From Candidatus Doudnabacteria bacterium (GTDB lineage: Bacteria; Patescibacteriota; Doudnabacteria; UBA920): 44,294 bases of DNA. The DNA lies in NCBI GenBank assembly GCA_023245955.1, contig JAHFJI010000001.1, positions 1 through 44,294 of the forward strand, given 5' to 3'. A program made the position numbers and the translations under genes. Below the pieces are notes generated by a model. That model worked only from the letters and a program-made list of their open reading frames with translations. It searched no databases and was not told where the DNA came from. Shown here in pieces: positions 17,508 through 27,130 of this stretch. Each line of letters starts with the position of its first letter. Within the stretch, counting starts at the first letter, position 1.

Positions 17508-18751
17508 CTATGCCCCCTCATCAATAAGTTCATCAAATTTTGTAGTCATTGTCGGATTACCGCGTGTTAATTTCTTTATTGTCAAATCATTAGCTTTGTT
17601 ATTCGCAATACGCAGATTGTCTTCAGAATGTAAAAGGTTCTCTTTTGTCTTTTGTAGTTGTTCGATTGATTTATCAATGCTTTCAATAGCAGTTTTAAAT
17701 CTTTCTGATGCAAGTCTGAAATTTCTGCCAAACGAATCACGAAAGTCATTTAATTGGCTTTCAAAATTAGTCACATCGATATTCTGAGTTCTCATTAACG
17801 CTAATTCGGCCTTATACTTCAAAGAATTCATTGCTGCGTTGCGAAGTAGGGTAATAATTGGGATAAAAAATTGTGGACGAACTACATACATTTTCGGTTG
17901 TTTATGAGAAACATCAACAATGCCAGTATTGTATAGTTCATTTTCCGCCTCCAAGAGCGTGACCAAGACAGCATACTCGCATTTTTTCTCTACACGATCT
18001 TTATCCAGTTCGTGTAAAAAGTCCTCATTCTTTTTTTTGCGGCTGTTTCATCCCCTTCGTTTTTCATTTCAAACATAATTGAAACGATTTCATTACCAGC
18101 TTTGTCGGTTTCGCGATAAATATAATCACCCTTGCTACCAGACTTGGAATCATTATCCTTTTCGAAGTAAGCAGTTGGGAACGCTGTAGCCCTAAGTTTA
18201 TTAAATTCAAATTCACAATGCTGCTCTAGGGTTTCACCAACCATCTTGGTACTGAGTTTTAATTTCATGTCTTTACGAAAAGTAATCTCTTCGTCTTTCA
18301 TCTTTATGATATCATCCTTGGACTTGAGTTCAGTGGAGAACTTCTCGTTCAATGACTTCTCAAGTAATTGCTTTTCGGTCTCTTTTCTTTTAAGTTCACC
18401 TGTCAGTTTTTCACGCTCTTTCTCAATTTTATTGACGGCTTCAGTGACGGCAAGTTTCTTCTGAAGCTCCGAGTTACTGACTTTTGATTCCATTTCGGCG
18501 ATTTTCAGTTCCTTCTTCGCTAAAAGTTCAGCAAATTCTTTATCCTTTTTTGCCAAATCTGCTTGAAATGTATTTTTAGTATTTGCCTCGGCAATTTTAA
18601 CGGCGCTCGCTTTGTCTTTTTCGGCCATATCTAAACGCTCATGCAATTCTTTCTCAAACTGATGGTCACGAACTTGCTTAAGCATGTCTGCAAAGCCAGC
18701 TTCGTCAACTTTGAAAGTTTTTTTACAATGTGGGCATATAATTTCGTTCAT
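17508..18751 (-). pseudogene. DUF2130-family coiled-coil protein split by a frameshift in an A8 tract
   Basis: N-part MNEIICPHCKKTF...[17 protein letters not shown]. Adding one A at 18031-18038 gives [30 protein letters not shown], continuous with ORF 17508-17966. Confidence 0.8.
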
Positions 18752-20097
18752 ATTTTTTTTAATACCGTTAATAGCTCTTTTGATTTAACTGGTTGCGGTT
18801 TATGCGATCTAATTGATACCTGCGATCGCGGTGTACCTTTTAAGAAATTATTTATCAGATAATTCTCAACAACAGCTTTAACCACCGGAACGGCTACTGC
18901 GTTACCAAACTGGTGATATGCTGCTGAATCGTCTGGGTGAATTTTGAAACTTTCAGGAAAACCTTGAATTCTCGCGGCTTCTCTTGGGGTAATTCTTCTT
19001 GGTTGATTATTGACCACTACACCTAATTTGTGCGCGTCACTTGAAACAAGAGTAATTGAGATACTGTTTGGGTCAAGAAACTTAAAAACTTCAAATGACA
19101 TGTTTCCGGCTACAGGATTATATTTGCCATCTACTTGTTTGATATAGCCCTTTTCTTCTAAAGATTCTATGACGGCCTCTATTTTTGGGATTTTAACAAA
19201 TGTTTTAATTTGCTCTAAGGTGAGGCGTTTTCCGTCTTGATGTGTTCCAAACATCTTTCTCCTGCGATTTTTAACAAGCTGATTCATAAGCTCTATTTCG
19301 TCTTTGCTACATTCGCCTTTAATTCCCAATTCCCATGAATGAATAGAGTCACCGTTTCTATAATCGATAAGCCTAGTTCCATTGAGTTTTGAAAAATTGC
19401 TGCCGGCCACTTTTTTTAACCTTGTAATAAAATCTTTAGAGCACAGATATTTGCTATCAACTTCCTGGTCTAAAATATCTCCAACAACTTTAAATTCATT
19501 GTGGCCAAAGAGCGATTTTTGCGAGAATAAGTTTTTAAATTTGTGGCTATCTACTGCTCCACGGTCTGAATTTATGGTTAAGATCGGTTTTTCGTTAAGC
19601 TGGCCAACTATGTAGACTCTTACTCTATTTTGGGGCACACTAAAATTCGAACTATTGAGCAATAAATAATTAACTCCATAGCCTAATTTTTCCAAGGCTT
19701 GAATGATGGTGGCAAATGTTCGCCCATTATCATGAGTTGTTAGCCCCCTAACATTTTCTAGCAGAAAAAGCTTTGGCTTATGATTCTTCAGTATTCTTTC
19801 GATTTCAAAAAAAAGTGTACCTCTTGTATCACCAAATCCTCTTTGTTTGCCTGCATAGGAAAATGGCTGGCAAGGGAAACCGCCAAGTAATACGTCAAAT
19901 TGTTTTATTTCCTTAATATCTCGGATGTCGCCATGCGGTATTTCTCCAAAGTTCATTTCGTAAGTTTCACACGCTTTTTTGTCAATTTCTGAACTTAAAA
20001 CGCACTCGGTTTCAATACCAAATTTGCGACATGCTTCCTCAAATCCAATCCGTATGCCACCAGTACCAGCGAAGAGGTCAACAAATGTTAATTTCAT
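18748..20097 (-). CDS. DNA (cytosine-5)-methyltransferase, M.HgiCI/M.BanI-like
   Basis: DLFAGTGG, GFPCQPFS, ENV, PQNRVR, RIQGFP, YHQFGNAV. N-terminus resembles M.HgiCI as recalled. Confidence 0.92.
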   Translation of the reverse strand: MKLTFVDLFAGTGGIRIGFEEACRKFGIETECVLSSEIDKKACETYEMNFGEIPHGDIRDIKEIKQFDVLLGGFPCQPFSYAGKQRGFGDTRGTLFFEIERILKNHKPKLFLLENVRGLTTHDNGRTFATIIQALEKLGYGVNYLLLNSSNFSVPQNRVRVYIVGQLNEKPILTINSDRGAVDSHKFKNLFSQKSLFGHNEFKVVGDILDQEVDSKYLCSKDFITRLKKVAGSNFSKLNGTRLIDYRNGDSIHSWELGIKGECSKDEIELMNQLVKNRRRKMFGTHQDGKRLTLEQIKTFVKIPKIEAVIESLEEKGYIKQVDGKYNPVAGNMSFEVFKFLDPNSISITLVSSDAHKLGVVVNNQPRRITPREAARIQGFPESFKIHPDDSAAYHQFGNAVAVPVVKAVVENYLINNFLKGTPRSQVSIRSHKPQPVKSKELLTVLKKI

Positions 20098-21137
20098 AGC
20101 TTTTCTTTAATAAATTTCACCAAGGTCTCAAATTCTTTTTGTGAATAAGCCACTGTACAATCGCTGTAGTTGCATATTGTTGAAATAGCACTTTTCCTTT
20201 GAAAATTGCCTGCACCGTCAATGATATACGCAACAAAATTTCCACCTCTGTGCATCAAGTCACGTCGTGCTTTTGCCTGACCTGATTTTCGTTCAATAGT
20301 GCTATTGGTTGTGACCTGAAAAGTCACCTCAACGCCAATGGCTTTGTTATCTTTTTTAACGACAATATCGAAAGGTATATTTTTCTTACTTCCTGCTACT
20401 TTAACTGAGCCGTTACGATTAACCGAAAAACTTTTGTCTAATTTTGATTTCAAATAATCAACAATATATGTTTGGGCGACCTGTCCGAGTGTATTAGCTT
20501 GTGCTCCTCCAGTGATTCTGCTGACCCAAATATACTTTTCTTTCGCATATTTTTCTAAAGCTTCCTTTTGCCCTAACAAATTGCCGATCTCACATTTTGA
20601 AAGATTGCTTGCAGTTGTTTCGTTGATCGAATTTGCACCAAATAAAAGAATTGAGATTAAATCCTCCTTCAATTCATCCAAGGCTTGTTCGTTAGTAATA
20701 CTTTTTCCGTCTATGCCAAGCTTTTTGTTATCTAGGTTTCCCTTTATCGGCAGTTTTTTGAAGGAATAATCGTAATTTTGTTTTTTCCAGGTAAAGGTGA
20801 AGAAGAATTTGCCTTTCTTCTTTTCAAAGACTGACGAAAGTTGTTTGTTTAGACGTTGTATTTGTTCACCACCAAAGTCTGTCAAAACCACCAAATGTTT
20901 TAAGAATAGATTGGCTGGGAAATCCGAGCTGTTTATGAGTTCAAAAATCTTATATGGATTTTTGTCTGAAAGATCGAGAAGGGACAAAAATTTGTCCTGA
21001 GTTTTAATTAGTAATGGAATTATGCTGGCATTTCCCTCAAGCTGTGACAGAAAATCCGGCCACCAATAAATAGCATTGGCTTCTAGTTCTTGAATGTTTT
21101 TGTTGAAAGCAGTTTTTAGCATATTATGAAATGTCAT
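20094..21137 (-). CDS. type II restriction endonuclease, BanI/HgiCI-like
   Basis: PD-(D/E)XK-like PFDIVV..GVEVTFQVTTNSTIERK. Translationally coupled (ATGA) to the methyltransferase. Confidence 0.75.
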   Translation of the reverse strand: MTFHNMLKTAFNKNIQELEANAIYWWPDFLSQLEGNASIIPLLIKTQDKFLSLLDLSDKNPYKIFELINSSDFPANLFLKHLVVLTDFGGEQIQRLNKQLSSVFEKKKGKFFFTFTWKKQNYDYSFKKLPIKGNLDNKKLGIDGKSITNEQALDELKEDLISILLFGANSINETTASNLSKCEIGNLLGQKEALEKYAKEKYIWVSRITGGAQANTLGQVAQTYIVDYLKSKLDKSFSVNRNGSVKVAGSKKNIPFDIVVKKDNKAIGVEVTFQVTTNSTIERKSGQAKARRDLMHRGGNFVAYIIDGAGNFQRKSAISTICNYSDCTVAYSQKEFETLVKFIKEKL

Positions 21138-21340
21138 TTAATTAAGTCATCAATGCTAATTCCCAGTCCGGCCGCAATCTTTACAACAGTATCAATCGAC
21201 GGATTCTGAACCGCATCTGATTCTATTTTAACAAGCGTCGGGTATGGCAAATCAGCCTTCTTGGCCAATTCATCTTGGGTTAAATCCTTTATAGCTCTCC
21301 AAGCTTTAATTTTCGCACCGATTGTTTTTGGGGTTGTCAT
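21134..21340 (-). CDS. XRE-family HTH regulator (RM controller-like)
   Basis: IKAWR..LTQDELAKKA..LVKIES..NPSIDTVVKIA. Overlaps the REase start (ATGA). Confidence 0.85.
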   Translation of the reverse strand: MTTPKTIGAKIKAWRAIKDLTQDELAKKADLPYPTLVKIESDAVQNPSIDTVVKIAAGLGISIDDLIK

Positions 21341-21610
21341 AATTGACTGGTAAAACTTGGTTATATTATATCAATTCTAAAACCTTTCACAAGCCCACAT
21401 CTCCGCAAAATTCTATCCCGAGCTCAAACCACTAACCAAAAAGTTATCTACCCATAATCTAAGTCGAAAAACTTTCAAACATCCTACAAATCAACCAAAT
21501 GGTGTCCCAAAAGTTCGAACTGCACACCATCAACAAAACCGCTAACTTATACAGTCAAAAAGCACCTTTCGGATAAAACAAAAATCCCTCCGTTCTGGAG
21601 AGATGTTTGA

Positions 21611-21684
21611 TGGTGGACCTATGGAGAATCGAACTCCACACTCATCCATGCCATGGATGCGTATTACCACTATACTATAGGCCC
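21611..21684 (-). tRNA. tRNA-Ala(GGC)
   Basis: GGGCCTA/TAGGTCC-ACCA with G3:U70, anticodon loop ATGGCAT. Confidence 0.93.
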
Positions 21685-21799
21685 TAGTGAAGTAGAATCA
21701 AGAAGCAAGAATTATGAATCAAGTATTAGGACGTCTTACGTTCAAGCCCTTACTTGATTCTTGCTTCGTGATTAGTGATTCTGTTTTTTGCTATTTCCC

Positions 21800-22081
21800 C
21801 TATCTTGTCGTGTTGGCACCTTGGATACTTGGAAGTTTTTGCTGTTGTGTTTGTTGCAATAGTCTACGCCAGTCGTCTACTTCTTTCTTAAAAGCTGGGA
21901 TTATACCCACTATGTTTAACACCCAGCCCAATACAACTAGTGCTATAACAAAGCCTAATACGTAGCCAAATCCAGTAAATAAACCATGACTAAGCGCTTT
22001 CCACCAATTATTACCCTTGTTTACTTGTTCAATATTCGCATTTATAGCTTTGAGATATTCTTTGAGCTCTGGGTCTAACAT
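21800..22081 (-). CDS. small membrane protein
   Basis: 93 aa, hydrophobic segment GLFTGFGYVLGFVIALVVLGWVL. Confidence 0.7.
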   Translation of the reverse strand: MLDPELKEYLKAINANIEQVNKGNNWWKALSHGLFTGFGYVLGFVIALVVLGWVLNIVGIIPAFKKEVDDWRRLLQQTQQQKLPSIQGANTTR

Positions 22082-22174
22082 TTATTTTATTTTTAATTTT
22101 ATGCCTATATTATACCAAAACATTTAATTTTGGTCTTTAGCTCCTATTTTATACTTTATTCCAGTATGTAAAAC

Positions 22175-22249
22175 TGGTGCCCTCGGCAGGAATCGGACCT
22201 GCATCTACGCGTTAGGAGTGCATTGCTCTATCCATTGAGCTACAAGGGC
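22175..22249 (-). tRNA. tRNA-Arg(CCT)
   Basis: GCCCTTG...CGAGGGC-ACCA, loop CTCCTAA. One anticodon-stem mismatch and a TCCGA T-loop. Confidence 0.85.
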
Positions 22250-22360
22250 AATTTCCTCCAAATTGTAGCACAAATGCTCTATATATAGATAATCCTCTGT
22301 GTTATAGTCTTAGTAATTATAGCTGTCAAAGATGACCATTGACACTCTGGCGAGTTGTAA

Positions 22361-23758
22361 TTGTATCTTATGATAAGAATACTTACTTTAATTAAGCAGA
22401 AACTCACCCAACCCCTATTTTTACGGCTAGTTTTTGCCATGCTAATGAGCTCTCTTTTTTTAGAGGTGAAATACCCAATAATAAACAGTTTCGGCTATTT
22501 TTTAGGTGAAAAAAAGGATTTTACCATAATATTTGCTTATTTAAGCGATATTATTCTGTTAGGATGGATTTTCATCGCTATTTACTATAATTTACCCTTA
22601 AGTAAAAGGGAAAATAGATATCTTGGGGAAAATTCATCCTTTGCATCACTTTTACTAATAATATTAATAGTTACATCATATTATATTAATTATAGCAAGC
22701 TAATAATACCTATTATATCTATATATATATTAATATATCTTACTAAGCTTATTGTTTTACATGGAACATTGAGTATATGTTTAGATGACCTGTTTAAAAT
22801 ATTTAAAGGAGTTTTTTTACTATTTATAGGTCTAGAATGTGCCTTGGCGATATATCAATTTTGGAATCAGGCTAGTTTAGGTTTACAAAAGGTGGGGGAG
22901 TCCATGATTGGACCATACATATTTAGCGTGGCCAAAGTAGAAGCTTTTGGTCAGGTGTTTATTAGAAGTTATGGAACTTTTGCTCATCCAAACGTATTTG
23001 GGGCTTTTTTGGTTATTGGCTTAGTTATTAGTCTTGCAGCATTTATCAATGCAAATCTTAAGTCAAGGTTGGTACTTCTTTTACTTGTAGGTATTCAAAC
23101 TTTTGGCTTAACTCTAACCTTTTCTAGGTCAGCGTGGCTTGTGGCCATGTTGGCTATTCTTATATTTGTATGTTTAACGTGGAACATTGATTTGAGTGTG
23201 GGGGAAAAGTTGTATCCAGCTGTATTGTTAATCTTGTTAAGTTTTGTGGTTATTGGAATTATCTACTTGCCGTTTATAGCTGAAAGGGGACGGGTAGCTG
23301 GGACGACTGCTTACACAGAAAGAACAAACTACAACACTGCTGGGTTAAAAATGATTATAGATTATGCAGTGTTTGGAGTGGGCCCTGGGCAAAGTTTGCT
23401 TCACATGGAACACTATATGCCAGGTAGGATAGAGCCATGGGATATACAACCCATACACAATTATTATTTACTCTTTACTACTGAACTCGGTCTACCTGCA
23501 TTTTTTGTGTTTGCTCTATATATATCCTATGTACTACAAAAGTCTTTCCGTGTTTATAAGGCCATGACAAATTTAGACGTTGAATTTATTTGCCTGCTAT
23601 CTTGTTTAATTGCTATTTTGATTTTAATGATGTTTGACCACTACTTTTACACTTTAGAATCTCCAGCTATACTATTTTGGGTAGTCTTGGGGCTACTGGT
23701 AAATAAATTGTATAGATTGGAGAAGATAGGGGACATCCAGAACAGAATTATGAATTAG
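22361..23758 (+). CDS. O-antigen ligase/Wzy_C-family membrane protein
   Basis: Many TM helices. RSYGTFAHPN, LTFSRSAW, FGVGPG, PIHNYYL..ELG. Confidence 0.85.
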   Translation: MYLMIRILTLIKQKLTQPLFLRLVFAMLMSSLFLEVKYPIINSFGYFLGEKKDFTIIFAYLSDIILLGWIFIAIYYNLPLSKRENRYLGENSSFASLLLIILIVTSYYINYSKLIIPIISIYILIYLTKLIVLHGTLSICLDDLFKIFKGVFLLFIGLECALAIYQFWNQASLGLQKVGESMIGPYIFSVAKVEAFGQVFIRSYGTFAHPNVFGAFLVIGLVISLAAFINANLKSRLVLLLLVGIQTFGLTLTFSRSAWLVAMLAILIFVCLTWNIDLSVGEKLYPAVLLILLSFVVIGIIYLPFIAERGRVAGTTAYTERTNYNTAGLKMIIDYAVFGVGPGQSLLHMEHYMPGRIEPWDIQPIHNYYLLFTTELGLPAFFVFALYISYVLQKSFRVYKAMTNLDVEFICLLSCLIAILILMMFDHYFYTLESPAILFWVVLGLLVNKLYRLEKIGDIQNRIMN

Positions 23759-23842
23759 GAGTTAAGAGTTTTGAATTTAGGATTTAGAATTTCTTCATTC
23801 CTGACTCATAATTCATAATTCTTGATTGTCCCCGCCGCTAGC

Positions 23843-24083
23843 TCAAACTATACCCTTTCAGGGCAAGGACTTTCAGCCGCTACCCATTTTCTTTATACTA
23901 TTCTGCTATCGATTAGAGTTCTGCAAATGTTTTAATGATGTGAGTGGTAGACCGGTATTTAAAGCGTTTCCGACATGCTCCAATGTTTACATTCAAGAGA
24001 ACTGTATTTTAGAGTAGGAACTACGAGGACTTTTAGTCCAAGCGTCCCTCAACCTATGGACTTTCAGTCCATAGTGCGTTGAG
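23843..24083. mobile_element. putative non-autonomous IS200/IS605-type palindromic element
   Basis: Four hairpins with TTTYA loops clustered at the two ends (CCC-TTTCA-GGG, GGAC-TTTCA-GCC, GGAC-TTTTA-GTCC, CTATGGAC-TTTCA-GTCCATAG). No convincing ORF. Confidence 0.45.
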
Positions 24084-24096
24084 TCGGCATTTGCTT

Positions 24097-24170
24097 GGGC
24101 CTATAACATAGTGGTAGTGTGGGACATTCGCATTGTCCAAGCGGGAGTTCGATTCTCCCTAGGTCCACCA
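24097..24170 (+). tRNA. tRNA-Ala(CGC)
   Basis: GGGCCTA/TAGGTCC-ACCA with G3:U70, loop TTCGCAT. Confidence 0.92.
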
Positions 24171-24214
24171 AGAAAAAGTCTCACCCTCAGTGGGGTTTTT
24201 TCTTTTTAGACAAC

Positions 24215-24242
24215 TTGACATGTAGCGTACATCATATACAAT
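24215..24242 (+). promoter_or_regulatory. promoter/operator of the BrnT-BrnA pair (probably leaderless)
   Basis: TTGACA-16-TACAAT ending 6 nt before the ATG. Palindrome ATGTA-GCG-TACAT in the spacer. Confidence 0.6.
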
Positions 24243-24248
24243 TAAACT

Positions 24249-24566
24249 ATGGATAATTTCTTTAGCCAAATAGAGTTTGAGTGGGACGTTGGAAATATCC
24301 GCAAAAACTTTGAAAGACATGATTTGGATACAAGACGAATAGAAGAAGCTTTTCTTGGGTTTAACATCATGATGCCGGATGAAAAGCATAGTACGACTGA
24401 AGTGCGTAACTTACTAATTGGGAGGGATAATCTTAACAACAAGTTGTCGGTAATATTTACCATTAGATATGGCAAAGTGCGAGTTATTTCAGCTCGTGGT
24501 GCTAACAAGTTAGAAAGAGAGTTATATGAAAAAGCATTTAAAAAGTATTCCCAAATTCAAAAGTGA
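24249..24566 (+). CDS. brnT: BrnT-family toxin
   Basis: FEWD..N..KN...H, DEKHS..E.R..LIG, VIFTIR..KVRVISAR.AN..ER..Y. Confidence 0.88.
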   Translation: MDNFFSQIEFEWDVGNIRKNFERHDLDTRRIEEAFLGFNIMMPDEKHSTTEVRNLLIGRDNLNNKLSVIFTIRYGKVRVISARGANKLERELYEKAFKKYSQIQK

Positions 24567-24804
24567 GCATGAGGAGTTTAAGTTTTGGCAGACAGCAGAT
24601 ACCAGGGAGTATTTTGATTACTCAAAGGCACAACCGGGTTATTTCCCCAACCTTAAACCATCTTCCTCACCAATCTCAATACGTTTTCCGGACACCATTC
24701 TCTGGCGACTTAAAGAGCGCGCCAATCAAATGGACGTGCCCTATCAGTCGCTCATAAAGCACTATGTCGTCCGCCAACTTGAGCAGGAAACACGAGGAAA
24801 ATAA
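24526..24804 (+). CDS. BrnA/CopG-like antitoxin
   Basis: IPKFKSEHEE.KFW, ISIRFP..LKERA..VPYQSLIK. Overlaps the toxin gene. Confidence 0.85.
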   Translation: MKKHLKSIPKFKSEHEEFKFWQTADTREYFDYSKAQPGYFPNLKPSSSPISIRFPDTILWRLKERANQMDVPYQSLIKHYVVRQLEQETRGK

Positions 24805-24999
24805 AAAATGAAAGGATGTGTGTGTGTGCATACATTCTTTCATGGTAATTTGAACACACAGCCTCCGCCTTGTGTCCAAAAACTGTAAGTGAGCCGGGCT
24901 CCCACGGCGGGACTGTTTCTATTGACGGACACCGGTACGAACACTGACCAGTATCCCGACCAAAGTAAAAATATTCTGCTTAGTGCAGAGTATTTTTAT

Positions 25000-25028
25000 T
25001 TGCACTAACACTGTTAGTGCAGTATACT
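25000..25028 (+). promoter_or_regulatory. promoter with perfect palindromic operator
   Basis: TTGCAC-17-TATACT. TGCACTAACA-C-TGTTAGTGCA (25001-25021) covers the -35 and spacer. Confidence 0.75.
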
Positions 25029-25055
25029 AAGTGTAGTTATTAATTTCCAAATTAT

Positions 25056-25271
25056 ATGTCCACACTCACTATACGAATAGATGATAAATTAAAAACTCAG
25101 GCGGCAAGGCAGGCGGCTGTGCTTGGCGTGCCACTTACTTATGTTGTGAAGAATGCTCTTATGAATTTTGTGCAGTCTAAGAAAGTGGTAATTGGTGAAC
25201 CAGAAATTGTTATTGTAGATGAAGCTATCCAGCGCAAGATGGACAAGATTGGTAAACTAATTCCCTTGTAG
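25056..25271 (+). CDS. RelB/DinJ-like ribbon-helix-helix antitoxin
   Basis: TLTIRIDDKLK.QA...A..LGV.L...V...L..FV. Confidence 0.75.
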   Translation: MSTLTIRIDDKLKTQAARQAAVLGVPLTYVVKNALMNFVQSKKVVIGEPEIVIVDEAIQRKMDKIGKLIPL

Positions 25272-25273
25272 CA

Positions 25274-25654
25274 ATGAAGCTAATTATTACGACAGAAATA
25301 TATACCACAGAATTTTTACCGCACGCCCAAACGTTTAATTTAGATGTGCTAAAGTCTTCTGCCCGAAAGGCTTTGTTGGGTTTGGGCAATATGGTTAGTA
25401 CTAGCAGACGGATGCCAGGTACTGTTCTAAAAAAGATGAGTCTGATTAGCTCTGGTGGCGCAGGTCGTGTATTGTTCTTGCTACAGGTTGGTAAGGGTGT
25501 GGCAGTACTGGTTATGGTGCGGCAAAAAAACGATAAACAAATTGGTCAAAACATGGCTATTGTAAACCCACGTTTTAAAAAGTTATTGGAAAAGAATATG
25601 GATAAAATTTTAAAAGAACTAGAAGCTGGGCGTTTCCGGGAATGGCTCATTTAG
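25274..25654 (+). CDS. putative RelE-fold-like toxin
   Basis: Basic 126-aa ORF 2 nt after the antitoxin. SSGGAGRVLFLL is reminiscent of RelE/HigB-type motifs. Confidence 0.45.
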   Translation: MKLIITTEIYTTEFLPHAQTFNLDVLKSSARKALLGLGNMVSTSRRMPGTVLKKMSLISSGGAGRVLFLLQVGKGVAVLVMVRQKNDKQIGQNMAIVNPRFKKLLEKNMDKILKELEAGRFREWLI

Positions 25655-25728
25655 TCTCTTTAAGTGGATGGGTATGGTCGTGGGTAATTTTGAAGTTGCT
25701 ATTTTTTTTGTGGGGTTTCGTATAGAAT

Positions 25729-26148
25729 ATGTTCATGACAAATCTTGGTGTGGAACAAATTAAGTTTGGGGAGAATATCGGTACGGAGCCTCGGTTTAAG
25801 TTTCGGCGTTGGTTAGAGGCCTGGGTGGAGGCGGTAAATGTTGGCAATAGACAGGTGTGGCAATCTGCTGTTTTGGATGTAATTACTGTTTCAGACTTGC
25901 TGGAGAAAGATTTGGACTACGCCAAGTTTGTTTCATACCTAACGCACCCTCCAAAACAACTTCGTATGCCACTTGCAAGCGTGGTCCAGGAAGATGGTTT
26001 GTATGTGGTGCGAGGCTCTCTAGAAGTTTTTGCAAGTGAGTTAATGATATTTGAAGGAACATTTGAGATGACAGTCCATGAGGTAGAGCCAGGAGCGTAT
26101 AAGATTTTTGGTGTGGTCTGTTACCCGCACTTCCGTGTGTCTGTATGA
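25729..26148 (+). CDS. hypothetical protein
   Basis: 139-aa ORF with protein-like composition and a plausible upstream -10. Confidence 0.6.
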   Translation: MFMTNLGVEQIKFGENIGTEPRFKFRRWLEAWVEAVNVGNRQVWQSAVLDVITVSDLLEKDLDYAKFVSYLTHPPKQLRMPLASVVQEDGLYVVRGSLEVFASELMIFEGTFEMTVHEVEPGAYKIFGVVCYPHFRVSV

Positions 26149-26222
26149 ACTATCCGAATCTACGAATGGCACGAATCTACGGATACCTCCGAATAATTAA
26201 TATGTGTGCAAGTTCACATAGT

Positions 26223-26340
26223 TGTCATTGCGAGGTACTCCGTGGCAATCTCGTACTTATGTTAAATTGTTAAATTGTTATTTTGTTAAATTGAAATGCA
26301 GATTGCCACGTCGTTCGCGGACTCACTCCTCGCAATGAGA
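26223..26340. repeat. RPE/REP-like palindromic element
   Basis: TCATTGCGAGG/CCTCGCAATGA outer stem, CGTGGCAATCT/AGATTGCCACG inner stem, GTTAAATT repeats in the loop. Confidence 0.8.
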
Positions 26341-26361
26341 GAGTTATAACAATACTCGCTT

Positions 26362-27087
26362 ATGAAATCTCTAGGACTAAAGCTGGAAACAAGATTGTTT
26401 AAGAGTGGGTACTCTGTTGTAGTCGGTTGTGATGAAGTTGGCAGGGGAGCGTTGGCCGGGCCTGTGGTGGCTGGAGCAGTAGCGTGGAAACCAGAATCAA
26501 GAATTAAGTCGTCCTGGACCCTGAGGGGTCCGGAGACCCTCGAAGGGAATCAAGAATTAAGTAAAATACAAGACAGTAAGCTACTCTCAGAGAGACAGAG
26601 AGAGGAGTTGGAGATTCACATCAAACATAATGCGCTGGCTTGGGGGGTCGGAGTGGTGGGTTCTGGTGTAATAGACAAAATAAATATTCACCAAGCAAAC
26701 TTACTTGCCATGGAGCGTGCAGTAAAAAATTTAATTACTAAACTTTCTAATGTTGCCGAGACGGATAAAAAATTGAAGCACAGAGAAAATATTTACTTAT
26801 TAATAGATGGCAAATTCGTATTACCCAAATGGAGCGGTGAGCAGACAGCGGTGGTGGACGGAGATGCAAAGATTTTTTCTATTGCCTCGGCATCCATTAT
26901 AGCCAAAGTCTATCGTGATAGACTTATGATGAAACTAGATAAAAAGTTTCCTGGCTATGAACTGGCTAGCCACAAGGGTTATGGTACGTCTGCTCATCGC
27001 AAGGCCATTGTGAAGAAGGGGATGAGTAAAATTCATCGTAAAACATTTTGTGGAAATATTGACGTATGGCGCTCTAAAACGGTATAG
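26362..27087 (+). CDS. rnhB: ribonuclease HII
   Basis: GCDEVGRGALAGPVV, DSKLLS, LIDG, GDA..SIASASIIAKV.RD, HKGYGT, IHRKTF. Confidence 0.95.
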   Translation: MKSLGLKLETRLFKSGYSVVVGCDEVGRGALAGPVVAGAVAWKPESRIKSSWTLRGPETLEGNQELSKIQDSKLLSERQREELEIHIKHNALAWGVGVVGSGVIDKINIHQANLLAMERAVKNLITKLSNVAETDKKLKHRENIYLLIDGKFVLPKWSGEQTAVVDGDAKIFSIASASIIAKVYRDRLMMKLDKKFPGYELASHKGYGTSAHRKAIVKKGMSKIHRKTFCGNIDVWRSKTV

Positions 27088-27130
27088 TATGAACACATTT
27101 GTCATGTTCTACGGGTGTTTCATGGGGTGT

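Noticed and set aside
23829..23850. tRNA 5' half (GCCGCTAGCTCAA) interrupted by an insertion
   Set aside because: No complementary acceptor strand or T-arm found.
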